NCBI GenBank assembly: GCA_030141605.1 | Contig: JAQGDQ010000763.1 | Span: forward strand, 36,459 to 100,458 | Direction: 5' to 3' | DNA: 64,000 nt | From: Tubiluchus corallicola | Lineage: Eukaryota > Animalia > Priapulida | In this document: positions 1 through 12,103 of the stretch, one piece after another | Numbering within the stretch: the stretch's first letter is position 1 | Layout of the letters: the number at the start of each line of letters is the position of its first letter | Program-made: the position numbers and the translations under genes | Notes under the pieces: generated by a model | Database searches by the model: none | Told to the model about the DNA's origin: nothing | The model's input: only the letters and a program-made list of their open reading frames with translations

Positions 1-33
1 ATTCTTGATTGTAGAATCATTTTCAGCAAACAT
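1..33 (-). CDS. N-terminus (MFAENDSTIKN) of another GPCR copy running off the left edge
   Basis: 1-33 is identical to 2761-2793, the ATG end of the intact GPCR. Confidence 0.8.
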   Translation of the reverse strand, partial: MFAENDSTIKN

Positions 34-440
34 TATTAACTAATCCATTAGTTAACTAATCAGTTGTAACTATTATAAGTTGTAATTATTTTCTATTGAG
101 TTTTCTCCAAGAGCCACAAGTTTCAGAGAAAGACGAGTGTGCAAGAAAATTGTCCAACTCTGTGGATTCGTAACTGCATTCACATTTTCACATAAAAGTC
201 ACAGCCAAATTTTCGAATCAAAACACTTTTTATGACAAACTTCACAAAAGGCAAAGTTTTGTGCTACTGCTGCGAATTGTCGTAACCCAATTGTCATGCT
301 TTTTACGTTACACTTTGAAACTCGAACTAACAGCATTAACATTATCTGTTTTCTAGTACCTCGAATTCTAGTAACTGCATTCACATTTCACATGAAAGTC
401 AAACAGAAAGTTCGCAAATCAAAACACTTTAACGACATAT

Positions 441-935
441 TGCACAAAAGTCAAAATGCCAAACTGCTGCTGCAGAACAGTCATAAACCAACTGCCACGT
501 TTTGCACAAAAGTCAAAATGCTAAACTACTGCTGCAGAACAGTCATAAACCAACTGCCACGTTTTGCACAAAAGTCAAAATGCTAAACTACTGCTGCAGA
601 ACAGTCATAAACCAACTGCCACGTATTGCACAAAAGTCAAAATGCTAAACTACTGCTGCAGACAGTCATAAACCAACTGCCACGTATTGCACAAAAGTCA
701 AAATGCTAAACTGCTGCTGCAGAACAGTCATAAACAAACTGCCACGTATTGCACAAAAGTCAAAATGCTAAACTGCTGCTGCAGAACAGTCATAAACAAA
801 CTGCCACGTTTTGCACAAAAGTCAAAATGCTAAACTACTGCTGCAGAACAGTCATAAACCAACTGCCACGTTTTGCACAAAAGTCAAAACGCTAAACTAC
901 TGCTGCAGAACATTCATAAACCAACTGCCACGTTT
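441..935. repeat. 62-bp minisatellite, about 8 copies
   Basis: Unit TGCACAAAAGTCAAAATGCTAAACTACTGCTGCAGAACAGTCATAAACCAACTGCCACGT(T/A)T. Confidence 0.95.
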
Positions 936-1251
936 TTTGCCGTTTTATGTGTAGTACAATGCATTTCTTCTTCATTTGGCAGGTGTAGTTCATCAATCAA
1001 CATTACAGAGTGTAAACAGACAGATAACATTGAGGAGCACGAGTCAAAGCTTTTTGCTCTGTATGTCATGCCATTTGTTCACTTGTAGTAGAAAGATATA
1101 TTTGCTACAGCTTCAATATTTACCAGAAATTGGTTTGTGATAACAGGCATTGCGTGCAGCCCGTGTGCATCCAAAACCGTTTAATGAATAAAAAAGGGAG
1201 GTAGTTTAGACCTGGTTCAATAAAAAAATGTTTTGTTTGTGACATTGACAT

Positions 1252-1470
1252 TGTGTGTGTGTGTGTGCGCGCACGCGTGTGTGTGCACACGTGCGTGTGG
1301 GTGTCCATGTGTATGTGTATGTGTGTGTATGTGTGTGTGTGTGTGTGCTTGCGTGTGTGCGTGTTCGTGTGTTTAATTCATTTTAGAATTCTGACTACAG
1401 TAGAGGTACGGGCATGTTATGATGATGATGATGATAATGTGCGTGTGTGTGTGCATGCGTGCATGTGTGG
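1252..1470. repeat. Degenerate (TG)n and (GAT)n microsatellites
   Basis: Direct reading. Confidence 0.85.
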
Positions 1471-1932
1471 GAGGGGGTGAAATTGCGAAAAATCTGACAC
1501 CAAATGTTAATTTTCCACTCTGTGCGGATTGTATTTCTTGGGACATAATTTTCATACAAAAGTTTACACATTTTGCTGGTAACATTTCTGGTCATTTCAA
1601 GCTTTTAAGGTCACTCTGTAAATTCGCACTGAAAAGTGGCATTTGAGCAGTTTTCTGTTATCAGTGTTTTTCTGAATTTTTTTAGTGAAGCCCCGCAAAT
1701 GATTTTTGCTTATAAATAAACTTATAATCATCCCCTCAACAAAGTTTCTTGGAAATGGATAGGTGGTTTTTGTGCTATCCTGTTAAGTAACAAAAAAATA
1801 AACCAACCAACCAATAAATGGCAATTGACACATAATTGGTGTAGTAATCATGAACCAGCTGCATTATTATTTCTAATCCTATAATCTCCCAACAGCCAAA
1901 ACTCAAAATATTCTGACAATTTTAATAAATCT

Positions 1933-2793
1933 TCACTTGCGCGAGATGATCTTTTTAAATGCCGTTCTGAATTTGCTGTTCCACACTGCATAGATGAAAG
2001 GATTTGCAGCACTATTACAGTTACCCAATAGCACCACGTAGCAAATGGTTTCGACAGAAACGCAAGCTGCACAAGCCTTGCCAATTGTGGCAAATACCGA
2101 ATACGGTGCCCAACAAATAAAAAACGTAGCCGTAACGATGATTAAAGTTTTTGTTGCTTTCGTTTCCGTCACCTTTGTGCTACTCTGTTGGCTCTGATCA
2201 CGAATTTGTAAAAGTTGTTTTCGTGCTACTTTCCATATTACTGCATATAACACAAGCAGCACTAATGTAGGCATGTAAATTACTACCAAAGTAGCCAGTA
2301 CGTTCAAATTACACACATCAATCCATGCAACTGCAAACGAGAAAAACCACGTTACACATACAGCAGCGATTAATGTACATTTTGTGACACAGACGTTGTA
2401 CTTGTAAGGATACACAATGGCTAGGTATCTCTCACCGGCTATTAGACATAGGTGTATTATGCTACAATTAACGATAGTGTAAGAAACAACTGAATTACTA
2501 ATGTAAAGTGCAGAATTAGATTGGATAGGAGAAAAGGTTAGAATAACTTTCATAGGAAGAGACAGAAATCCATTCATTAAGTCTGTTACAGCCAATGATA
2601 CAATGAGTGCATGCATTTTTGTTTGTAGATGCTCATATCTATAAGCTACAGCCAAAACCAGTGAGTTACCAACAATTATTACAACAATCACCAACAGATG
2701 GAGCGTCACTGCAGTGACGACAAAACTGGAACTAAAACCGTGGTGTGAGTTGCTAGATCCATTCTTGATTGTAGAATCATTTTCAGCAAACAT
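1933..2793 (-). CDS. Single-exon class A (rhodopsin-like) GPCR, 286 aa, orphan
   Basis: GN (TM1), SLAVTD (TM2), ERYLAIVYP (TM3), W (TM4), CWAP (TM6), NSAANPFIY (TM7), FRTAF helix 8, N-terminal N-glycosylation sites. Confidence 0.93.
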   Translation of the reverse strand: MFAENDSTIKNGSSNSHHGFSSSFVVTAVTLHLLVIVVIIVGNSLVLAVAYRYEHLQTKMHALIVSLAVTDLMNGFLSLPMKVILTFSPIQSNSALYISNSVVSYTIVNCSIIHLCLIAGERYLAIVYPYKYNVCVTKCTLIAAVCVTWFFSFAVAWIDVCNLNVLATLVVIYMPTLVLLVLYAVIWKVARKQLLQIRDQSQQSSTKVTETKATKTLIIVTATFFICWAPYSVFATIGKACAACVSVETICYVVLLGNCNSAANPFIYAVWNSKFRTAFKKIISRK

Positions 2794-3200
2794 TATTAAC
2801 TAATCCATTAGTTAACTAATCAGTTGTAACTATTATAAGTTGTAATTATTTTCTATTGAGTTTTCTCCAAGAGCCACAAGTTTCAGAGAAAGACGAGTGT
2901 GCAAGAAAATTGTCCAACTCTGTGGATTCGTAACTGCATTCACATTTTCACATAAAAGTCACAGCCAAATTTTCGAATCAAAACACTTTTTATGACAAAC
3001 TTCACAAAAGGCAAAGTTTTGTGCTACTGCTGCGAATTGTCGTAACCCAATTGTCATGCTTTTTACGTTACACTTTGAAACTCGAACTAACAGCATTAAC
3101 ATTATCTGTTTTCTAGTACTTCGAATTCTAGTAACTGCATTCACATTTCACATGAAAGTCAAACAGAAAGTTCGCAAATCAAAACACTTTAACGACATAT

Positions 3201-3880
3201 TGCACAAAAGTCAAAATGCCAAACTGCTGCTGCAGAACAGTCATAAACCAACTGCCACGTTTTGCACAAAAGTCAAAATGCTAAACTGCTGCTGCAGAAC
3301 AGTCATAAACAAACTGCCACGTTTTGCACAAAAGTCAAAATGCTAAACTACTGCTGCAGAACAGTCATAAATAAACTGCCACGTTTTGCACAAAAGTCAA
3401 ACTGCTAAACTACTGCTGCAGAACAGTCATAAACCAACTGCCACGTTTTGCACAAAAGTCAAAATGCTAAACTACTGCTGCAGAACAGTCATAAACCAAC
3501 TGCCACGTATTGCACAAAAGTCAAAATGCTAAACTACTGCTGCAGACAGTCATAAACCAACTGCCACGTATTGCACAAAAGTCAAAATGCTAAACTGCTG
3601 CTGCAGAACAGTCATAAACAAACTGCCACGTATTGCACAAAAGTCAAAATGCTAAACTACTGCTGCAGAACAGTCATAAACCAACTGCCACGTATTGCAC
3701 AAAAGTCAAAATGCTAAACTACTGCTGCAGAACAGTCATAAACCAACTGCCACGTATTGCACAAAAGTCAAAATGCTAAACTACTGCTGCAGAACAGTCA
3801 TAAACAAACTGCCACGTTTTGCACAAAAGTCAAAATGCTAAACTACTGCTGCAGAACAGTCATAAACCAACTGCCACGTT
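3201..3880. repeat. 62-bp minisatellite, about 11 copies (copy B)
   Basis: Same unit as 441-935. Confidence 0.95.
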
Positions 3881-4302
3881 TTTTGCCTCCCACTTTGAAG
3901 CTCTCACTTTCTTTGCAGCTCGAAATAACAGTATTAATATTATCAACAGTTTTTTTGCATAGGGCAAGACGTTTTTCTTCATTCGGCAGGTGTGGTTCGT
4001 CCATTAACATTATAGAGTGTGCACAGGCGGACAACCAACATTGAGGAGCACGATTCAAAGCTTTTAGCCCTATATATCATTCCTTTGGGGTGGCGCTAGC
4101 GGCGCTAATGGTGGGTAGTTCAAAACAAATTTGCTCGCAGATAATTTCATAAATATTTCAAGTTACTTCTGGTTATAGACTAATAAAACTCTAAAATATC
4201 AACGTATAAACATCAACATAAAACGTTTTTGTGAATATAAAGGCTACCAAATACGTTGAACCGAAAAAAACATCGTATCTCGTATGCTGTATGGACATTG
4301 GC

Positions 4303-5199
4303 AATGGTAAATACTCGCAAAAAGTCACATACAGCTACAGATAGTGACACTGGGAGTAATATGGCCTCATCTAATAGCAGCTTAAACGAGGATACAGCAC
4401 AGGCACTTCTTTCCGCTTTTGAAAAACGACTGACAGCAATGGAGGAACGATTGGGTAAGAGGATTTATGACAATTCAGCATCTATAGATTCAAAACTTAC
4501 AGAAGTAAACAGACAAATAGGCGAACTTGTGAAAAGTCAGGAATTTATTTCAAAACAATATGAAGATTTGCAAGAACAGAATAAGCAAAATGAGGAAAAA
4601 ATGAGAAATCTAGAAGAGGAAAACAAAATACTGAAATGTACAATAAGCAAACTAGAAAAAAAATAACTGCATCTGAAAAATCTGTGAATGACCTTGAACA
4701 ATACGAGAGGCGTGACATGCTAGAAATTACAGGTATCCCTTTCATTGAGCATGAATCTACTAACACCATTATCAAAAGGCTTTGTGATGTCATTGGTGTA
4801 CAAATAGCTCCTGAAGATATTGCTACTTCGCATCGGCTGCAAAAGACAAGATCTGGTAGTGCTCCAGCAATTATCGTCAAGTTTGTACGACGCGACATCC
4901 GTGACAAAGTATATGCAGCCAGGAAACGAATCAACTCTGCTCACGACCTAGGCTTTTCAACAGTAAGCAAAATTTATATAAATGAAAACCTTACAAAGCA
5001 AAATAGATCCTTGCTATACCATGCACGACAGTGCAAAAAGCAACTGCGGTACAAATATGTATGGTCTCGATATGGTCGCATCTATTTAAAGAGGTCTGAC
5101 TCTGATGATTCTGAAGCAGTACCAATTGACTCTCTTCAAGTTCTGCTGAGAATGGGATATAACCCAGCCATGTCATCGCAGACCAATTCTCATCTTTAA
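4303..5199 (+). CDS. LINE ORF1 (coiled coil + RRM-like + C-terminal domain), one frameshift at the A8 run 4656-4663
   Basis: Heptad-rich N-half; LEQYERRDMLEITGIP, SHRL, IIVKF, IYINENLT and KYVWSRYGRIYLKR motifs typical of CR1/L2/L1-type ORF1. Confidence 0.85.
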
Positions 5200-5231
5200 C
5201 CTTAATGTTGCACTTTTCAGTTATTTAATAT

Positions 5232-8200
5232 ATGGCATCTTATCCATGTACAGTCTGCTCTAAAGTCTGTAGGTCGAATCAGAATGCTATTTATTGTGAC
5301 AACTGTCAGAATTGGTGCCATCTGAAGTGCACATGCCTATCATTACAACAGTTTCAAAATTTAGCTAATTCTAGTGATACATACTTTTGCTTGCCTTGCA
5401 TTAATTCGATATTGCCACTTCAGATGGCAGACGATGATGACTTTTATGATTTTGTCCATTTTAGTTATTGCAATAGTGAAATTGAACAATTACTGTCACT
5501 CAACTGTACAGCTAGTTTGTCCTCGTTTAATGATGATGATGACAAAGATCCCGACATTAATCATAATACTCTGTATGATAGCAAATACTATAAACTCACC
5601 ACGCTGCAGTCATCAGCCTTTTTGCACAACAATGATAAGGATTTTAGCTTCATACATATTAATCCCAATAGCCTTCACAAACACTATCATGACATAACAG
5701 ATGTGCTTCAGCATTTTAAGAGGCCACCCGACATAATAGCAGTGTCGGAAACTCGAGTTAACGATAAAAATATTTTTTATGTAATATACCCAATTACACT
5801 TTTTTACATACTGATTCTAATACAAGAGCAGGGGGGGTTGGACTTTATGTATCTAATCAGCTAAATTATACTAAAATCACAAAATACTCTATCCAAAATG
5901 CTAATTCATCTCTTACTTTCCAATCCGACATGCAGTGCGAAGATCTCTGGATACAGATAGAAACTAATATACATTCTAAGCATATTATCTTTGGTGTTGT
6001 TTACCGTCATCCAAATACTAACATTAATCACTTTCATGAGGCAATGGATAACATTATGTCCGACATTAATAAAACTGGCAAGATTAGTTATGTATGTGGT
6101 GATTTCAATCTTAACCTGCTTCACCATGAAACTAAATCATATATATCCGAATATCTCAATATGGTATTCTGCAATCAATTCACACCCATTATAACACGAC
6201 CAACTAGACTTACTCACACATCCAAAACACTTATAGATCACATCTACACAAATAACCTAAAAGACTACATCATTCCAGGCATTATACTTTACCAAATCGC
6301 TGACCACTTGCCTATCTTTTGCATTGTCAAAAATTCAATTAGTAAACGTGCGAACTCAAAAGTAACAATCCGTGACAAGAGTAAATTCAATCAAGACGCT
6401 TTCTTAAATGACTTAACTTATAAACTAAACAACGAATCTTTTGTGACAATGTCAACAAACGAAGCATTTGAAAAATTCATGAATATAATTACAGAAACTG
6501 TTAACTACCATGCCCCGTATAAAACCTTGTCGAGAAAACAAACTAAGACATTTTACAAACCCTGGTTAACTCAAGGTATCCTAACTTCTATCAGAAAAAA
6601 AAGTCAATTATACAAAACTCATAAATTATCCGACAGTTTATACAAAAATGAATATTATCGTACATATTGTAATAAACTAAATCGAATAAAAGAACAGTCA
6701 AAACGTAACTATTACTCAAAAGTGCTCCAAGGAAATAAAAATAATATGCGACTAACATGGAAAACCATAAATGAAATTACAAACTGTAAAGTGAAAAACC
6801 ATTTTCAACCTAACAAGTTAACACAAAATGGTAATGAGTACAATAACCATAAGGATATAAGTGAAATACTAAACCAGTTTTTTAGTAACATAGGTAGCAA
6901 TATGGCGAGAAAGATACCATACACTGAACTAAAATTTGATTCTTTTTTGAAGAACCCAGTAAATAGCACATTTTTTATGTACCCTATATTAGAAAATGAA
7001 ACATGTGTGGAAATCAATAAGTTAAACATTAATAAATCTGCAGGTCCAGAGAATATTCCAATTTATTTTTATAAACTAGCTGTCAGCATTATTACACCAT
7101 ACTTAACGACACTTTATAATAAATCGATTACTGATGGCATATTTCCTAACATTTTAAAACTAGCGAAAGTAATTCCAATTTATAAGTCTGAATCACCTGA
7201 AAATCCCACCAACTATAGACCTATATCTTTACTCTCACCGGTTGCCAAAATATTTGAAAAACTCATCTTTATCCGGCTTGACAAATTCATTTCAACAAAC
7301 AAAATACTATCAGAACACCAATTTGGTTTCAGGAAAAATCATTCTACTGCCTTAGCTGTATCTGAACTAACCGATAGAATTCTTAATAATATTGACAAAA
7401 ATGTATTTGTGTGTGGCATCTTCCTAGATCTGTCCAAGGCTTTTGACACTGTACAACATAATATATTACTCCAAAAAATGAAACATTATGGTATTAGAGG
7501 ACTATCCCAAAATTTCTTTGCATCTTACTTGCACAACAGACAACAGTACACTTCCATTGGAGATACTAGCTCAAATCTAACTACTATAACATGTGGAGTA
7601 CCACAAGGCTCTACTCTAGGCCCGATATTGTTTCTTTTGTACATAAATGATCTTGTAAACTGTTCAAACTTCCACACTAGAATGTTTGCAGATGACACTA
7701 ATCTATTCTTAACAGATACAAAGATAATTAATTTACAAACTTCAGTTAACAGTGAATTGCATAAGATTAATCAGTGGATGAAAGCTAACAAACTGTCTAT
7801 TAACTATAAAAAGACAAAATACATGCTGATTACGCCTGGCCGCAAAACAGACGCATATGAAAATTTCCAGATTTCAATGAATAATCAAATATTAACTAGG
7901 TCTAAAGAAATTAAATACCTCGGTATGTTCATTGATGATAACTTAACATGGTCTACACAAACAAAACACATAACCTACAAAATTAGCAAAACCAAGGGCA
8001 TAATTGCGAGGATAAGACACTACGTAAATACAGATGTAATAAAACTAATATACCATGCTTTGGTTTATTCTTATCTTCACTATGGGATTCTGTCCTGGGG
8101 CACTGCATCTTCAAATACTTTAAAACCGATACAAACTCATCAAAACATTATAGTTAAGCTGATGACATTTTCTGGTAGACGGGAACATGCAACGCCATCC

Positions 8201-8521
8201 TACATTCAATTGGGCCTCTTAAAACTGAATGATATCTACAAACTCGAGCTTGCAAAATTTGTATACAAATTTAAGAATAACTTACTACCAGAATTGTTTC
8301 TAAATTACTATACGCCAGCATCCGATATTCACAGTTACAACACTAGGTTTTCTACTAACAGTTCTTTCTTTATCGAACGATTTAATACATCTAAGGGTCA
8401 AACGTCGTTAAAATATCAGGGATCAGTATTATGGAACTCTCTACCTGCTCATATAACTTCTTTACCTCTGCATTCGCTAAAAAAACAGTACGCTAAGGCA
8501 CTTCTTGAAGCTTACAAATAA
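5232..8521 (+). CDS. LINE ORF2: PHD finger, apurinic endonuclease, reverse transcriptase; one frameshift near 5770-5790
   Basis: C4HC3 PHD, SET, GGVGLYV, VYRHP, GDFN, IDHIY, NYRPISLL, QFGFR, LDLSKAFD, GVPQGSTLGP, FADDT, YLG. Confidence 0.93.
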
Positions 8522-9565
8522 ATCAGTTTTTTTGTCTGTTAGATGTACATTCTTATGGTAACTTTTGCTTAAAAACATTTTTATGAGGTGCAAACTCACT
8601 TTTTCGCTGTTGTATTTTTGTTTTTGTATTTCTGTACGTTTGTGTATTTATTAGATGTATTTATCAGAAACAATTGTAAGGTATTTTGCTTAGTAGTTCG
8701 TAAATTTGTCATGGTTTTTGATTTTTGTCTTTTGCTGTTGTATTTTTGTTTTTTGTATTTCTGCACGTTTATGTATTTTTTAATATAGCTGTGTCTACTG
8801 TCCTTAGCGTCCTTTTGTTTACTGTCCTTTGAGAAGGGTGGTTGACTCGATAACCTTTGGTTTTTCGCCACCCTTTCTCCTATGTTTGTTTGTATTTTTG
8901 TGTATTTTATTGTCAAATTATTGTATATGGAGGAAAATAAATTACTATTACTATTACTATATTGTTTATTTGTAATAGAAAGATATGTTTGCTGCAGCTT
9001 CAATAATTACCAGAAGTCTTCATCTGACAACAAACGTTATACTCACCATGCATCAAAAAGCACTTAATGAACGATAAAAGCATGTTACACCTGGTGCAAT
9101 AATAAAGGCATGTTTTGTATTAGGACGTAGACATTGTGTGCGTGCGTGTGTGTTTGTGCATGTATAAGTGTGTGCATGTGCACATGCAGGCATGTGTGTG
9201 TCTGTTTGTCTGTCTGTCCATGCACACATCAGCCATTGCATCTACAGAACTGAAACTTCACAGCATTTTTGTCTCTGGTGTTCAGTATGATACAATCAAG
9301 AATACAGATAGTTACAGTCTTCAAATATGCCCACAACCCGTGAATGGAATCCGTCAATGGATCTGTCCCCATAAATGGGTCATGTGCACGCGGGTTTTAC
9401 TCAAACCAGTTTCTCCAAAATGAATGTGCACGTAGATTTTGTGAACAAGCAAGTCTAGACAGTGTACGTTGTTTATTTCTCATATTCTCATAGAACATCA
9501 AAAATGATAACAGGCCTGACTAGACTGACAATTTGGGCCCGATTCTTGGAAGTGTTCAAAAATCG

Positions 9566-9983
9566 TTTTAGTTCCAGTTTTGTCGTCATTGCAGTGATGC
9601 TCCATCTGTTGGTGATCATTGTCATAATTGTTGGTAATTTGCTGGTTTTGGCTGCAGCTTATAGATACCAGCAACTACAAACAAAAATGCATGCACTCAT
9701 TGTATCATTGGCTGTAACAGACTCAATGAATGGATTTCTGTCGATTCCTATAAAAGTTATTCTAACCTTTTCTCCTATCCAATCTAATTCTGTACTTTAC
9801 ATGAGTAATTCAGTTGTTTCTTACACTATCGTTAATTGTAGCATAATACACCTATGTCTAATAGCCGGTGAGAGATACCTAGCCATTGTTTATCCTTACA
9901 AGTACAACGTCTGTGTCACAAAATGCACATTAATCGCTGCTGTATGTGTAACGTGGTTTTTCTCGTTTGCAGTCGCATGGATT
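9566..9983 (+). pseudogene. Inverted, truncated GPCR paralog fragment (TM1-TM4)
   Basis: Reverse complement of about 2320-2738 with scattered substitutions; lacks the N-terminus and TM5-TM7. Confidence 0.85.
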
Positions 9984-10580
9984 ATATTAGGCAAGAAAAC
10001 AAGCGGTGACAGGCTAGATGTATAAACCATCTTAGCTACAATTGACTGTCCATATGTCCTTCCTCAACGGAGGCAATGCAGCAGATGAAACTGCAAAAAC
10101 AATTCTAAATAGCCACCCATTCACGTACAAATTGGCGTGAGTGTTGTTTCACTTTGGAAACCATTAACCAAGCACTGACCATTACCATTCATGTATTTCC
10201 AACATACAATGTATTTATTGTTATAATTATGCACAAGCAATTAAAATAATGTAATTATCAGTAAACAGAAATTGCAAAAATTATATGACTCCAACAAAAT
10301 ATTGATAATTTTATTATTTTGTGCCTGTTTGCCATTTTGGGAGCATCTGCTCATTAAATCAGTGTAAAAATAAACAGATTACAAAAATAAAATAAAAGTT
10401 ACTAACCTGCATGTTATAACACGTTAGCAACAACGTTATATAAAATTACACAACGTCACAATTTGGGCAAAACTGTGATAAACTCGTAAGACATGTTTAT
10501 GCAAGCACGTTGTTGTTTTAGATTTATTAGAAAATCCTTTTTACATTCTGTTTTCATCAGTTGCTCATTACATACAGTTG

Positions 10581-11632
10581 CATAATTAACTACAGTTATA
10601 GGTAGTTAAGTACATAATTTACTACAGTTATAGGTAGTTAAGTACATAATTAACTACAGTTATAGGTAGTTAAGTACATAATTAACTACAGTTATAGGTA
10701 GTTAAGTACATAATTAACTATATTTATAGGTGGTTAAGTACATAATTAACTACAGTTATAGGTAGTTAAGTACATAATTAACTATAGTTATAGGTAGTTA
10801 AGTGCATGATTAACTATAGTTATAGGTGGTTAAGTACATAATTAACTACAGTTATAGGTGGTTAAGTACATAATTAACTACAGTTATAGGTAGTTAAGTA
10901 CATAATTAACTATTGTTATAGGTAGTTAAGTACATAATTAACTACAGTTATAGGTAGTTAAGTACATAATTAACTACAGTTATAGGTAGTTAAGTGCACA
11001 ATTAACTATAGTTATAGGTAGTTAAGTACATAATTAACTATAGTTATAGGTAGTTAAGTACATAATTAACTATAGTTATAGGTGGTTAAGTACATAATTA
11101 ACTACAGTTATAGGTAGCTAAGTACATAATTAACTACAGTTATAGGTAGTTAAGTACATAATTAACTATAGTTATAGGTAGTTAAGTACATAATTAACTA
11201 TAGTTATAGGTAGTTAAGTACATAATTAACTACAGTTATAGGTAGTTAAGTACATAATTAACTATAGTTATAGGTAGTTAACTACAGTTATAGGTAGTTA
11301 AGTACATAATTAACTACAGTTATAGGTAGTTAAGTACATAATTAACTACAGTTATAGGTAGTTAAGTACATAATTAACTATAGTTATAGGTAGTTAAGTA
11401 CATAATTAACTATAGTTATAGGTAGTTAAGTACATAATTAACTATAGTTATAGGTAGTTAAGTACATAATTAACTATAGTTATAGGTAGTTAAGTACATA
11501 ATTAACTATTGTTATAGGTAGTTAAGTACATAATTAACTATAGTTATAGGTAGTTAAGTACATAATTAACTATAGTTATAGGTAGTTAAGTACATAATTA
11601 ACTATTGTTATAGGTAGTTAAGTACATAATTA
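10581..11632. repeat. 32-bp minisatellite, about 33 copies, with internal inverted repeat
   Basis: Unit CATAATTAACTACAGTTATAGGTAGTTAAGTA contains TTAACTAC...GTAGTTAA. Confidence 0.95.
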
Positions 11633-11736
11633 TTACAATCATCCCATTATTTAAATGATTTTATTTTTGTACAAAAAAAATCGATGTTTTTGATTATAAT
11701 GAAATGATGCAACTCTTTCTTGCCTCTAGTAATTGT

Positions 11737-12103
11737 TAGAGGTGAGCATTCTCTACCAGAAAGCGAATTCGAATCGAACCGAATTTGTGACTTACGAATT
11801 CGAATTGAACCGATCTTCAGTGTTTCGAATTCGAATTGAGATTGAACGATTTTCGAACAAGTTTTCGAACAACCAGTAAAAAATAGTCTTACAAAGATCA
11901 TTCATATCACTCGATTTTGTTCTGCAATAAAACGATTAGTAATTTCTTTAAAATTGTGCACAGAAATCACAGCTAAATTATGCTAATTGCATGATGTTTC
12001 AATCGTTTTTGTGATAAAGAACATTATGTGATTGAAGTGCTGAATTATTCGAATCTATAGTTTTGGATTCGAATCGCGTTCGAACGTTCGATGCTCACCC
12101 CTA
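11737..12103. mobile_element. hAT-like MITE (family A)
   Basis: TIR TAGAGGTGAGCAT...ATGCTCACCCCTA, perfect 8-bp TSD GTAATTGT, subterminal TTCGAA repeats. Relatives at 58261-58617 and 35814-35835. Confidence 0.88.

Larger units (their letters stand above)
1..935. repeat. Tandem duplication unit copy A (period 2760 bp; copy B starts at 2761)
   Basis: 1-440 matches 2761-3200 with one visible substitution (360 C vs 3120 T) and is followed by the same minisatellite. Confidence 0.95.
4088..8961 (+). mobile_element. Near full-length non-LTR retrotransposon (CR1/L2 group)
   Basis: ORF1, then PHD-APE-RT ORF2, a 3' UTR, AATAAA and an (ATTACT)n tail. Both ends are defined by the empty paralogous site at about 1060-1100. 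Confidence 0.93.

Noticed and set aside
4650-5790. Programmed ribosomal frameshifting in the LINE
   Set aside because: Neither site forms a correctly phased X XXY YYZ heptamer; homopolymer indels from mutation or sequencing error are simpler.
9462-10025. 187-aa ORF as an intact receptor
   Set aside because: Only TM1-TM4 are present, and both ends are unrelated flanking sequence.
10581-11632. CRISPR-like palindromic 32-bp repeat
   Set aside because: Units are directly adjacent with no unique spacers, there are no cas genes, and the context is eukaryotic. The same applies to all other arrays here.
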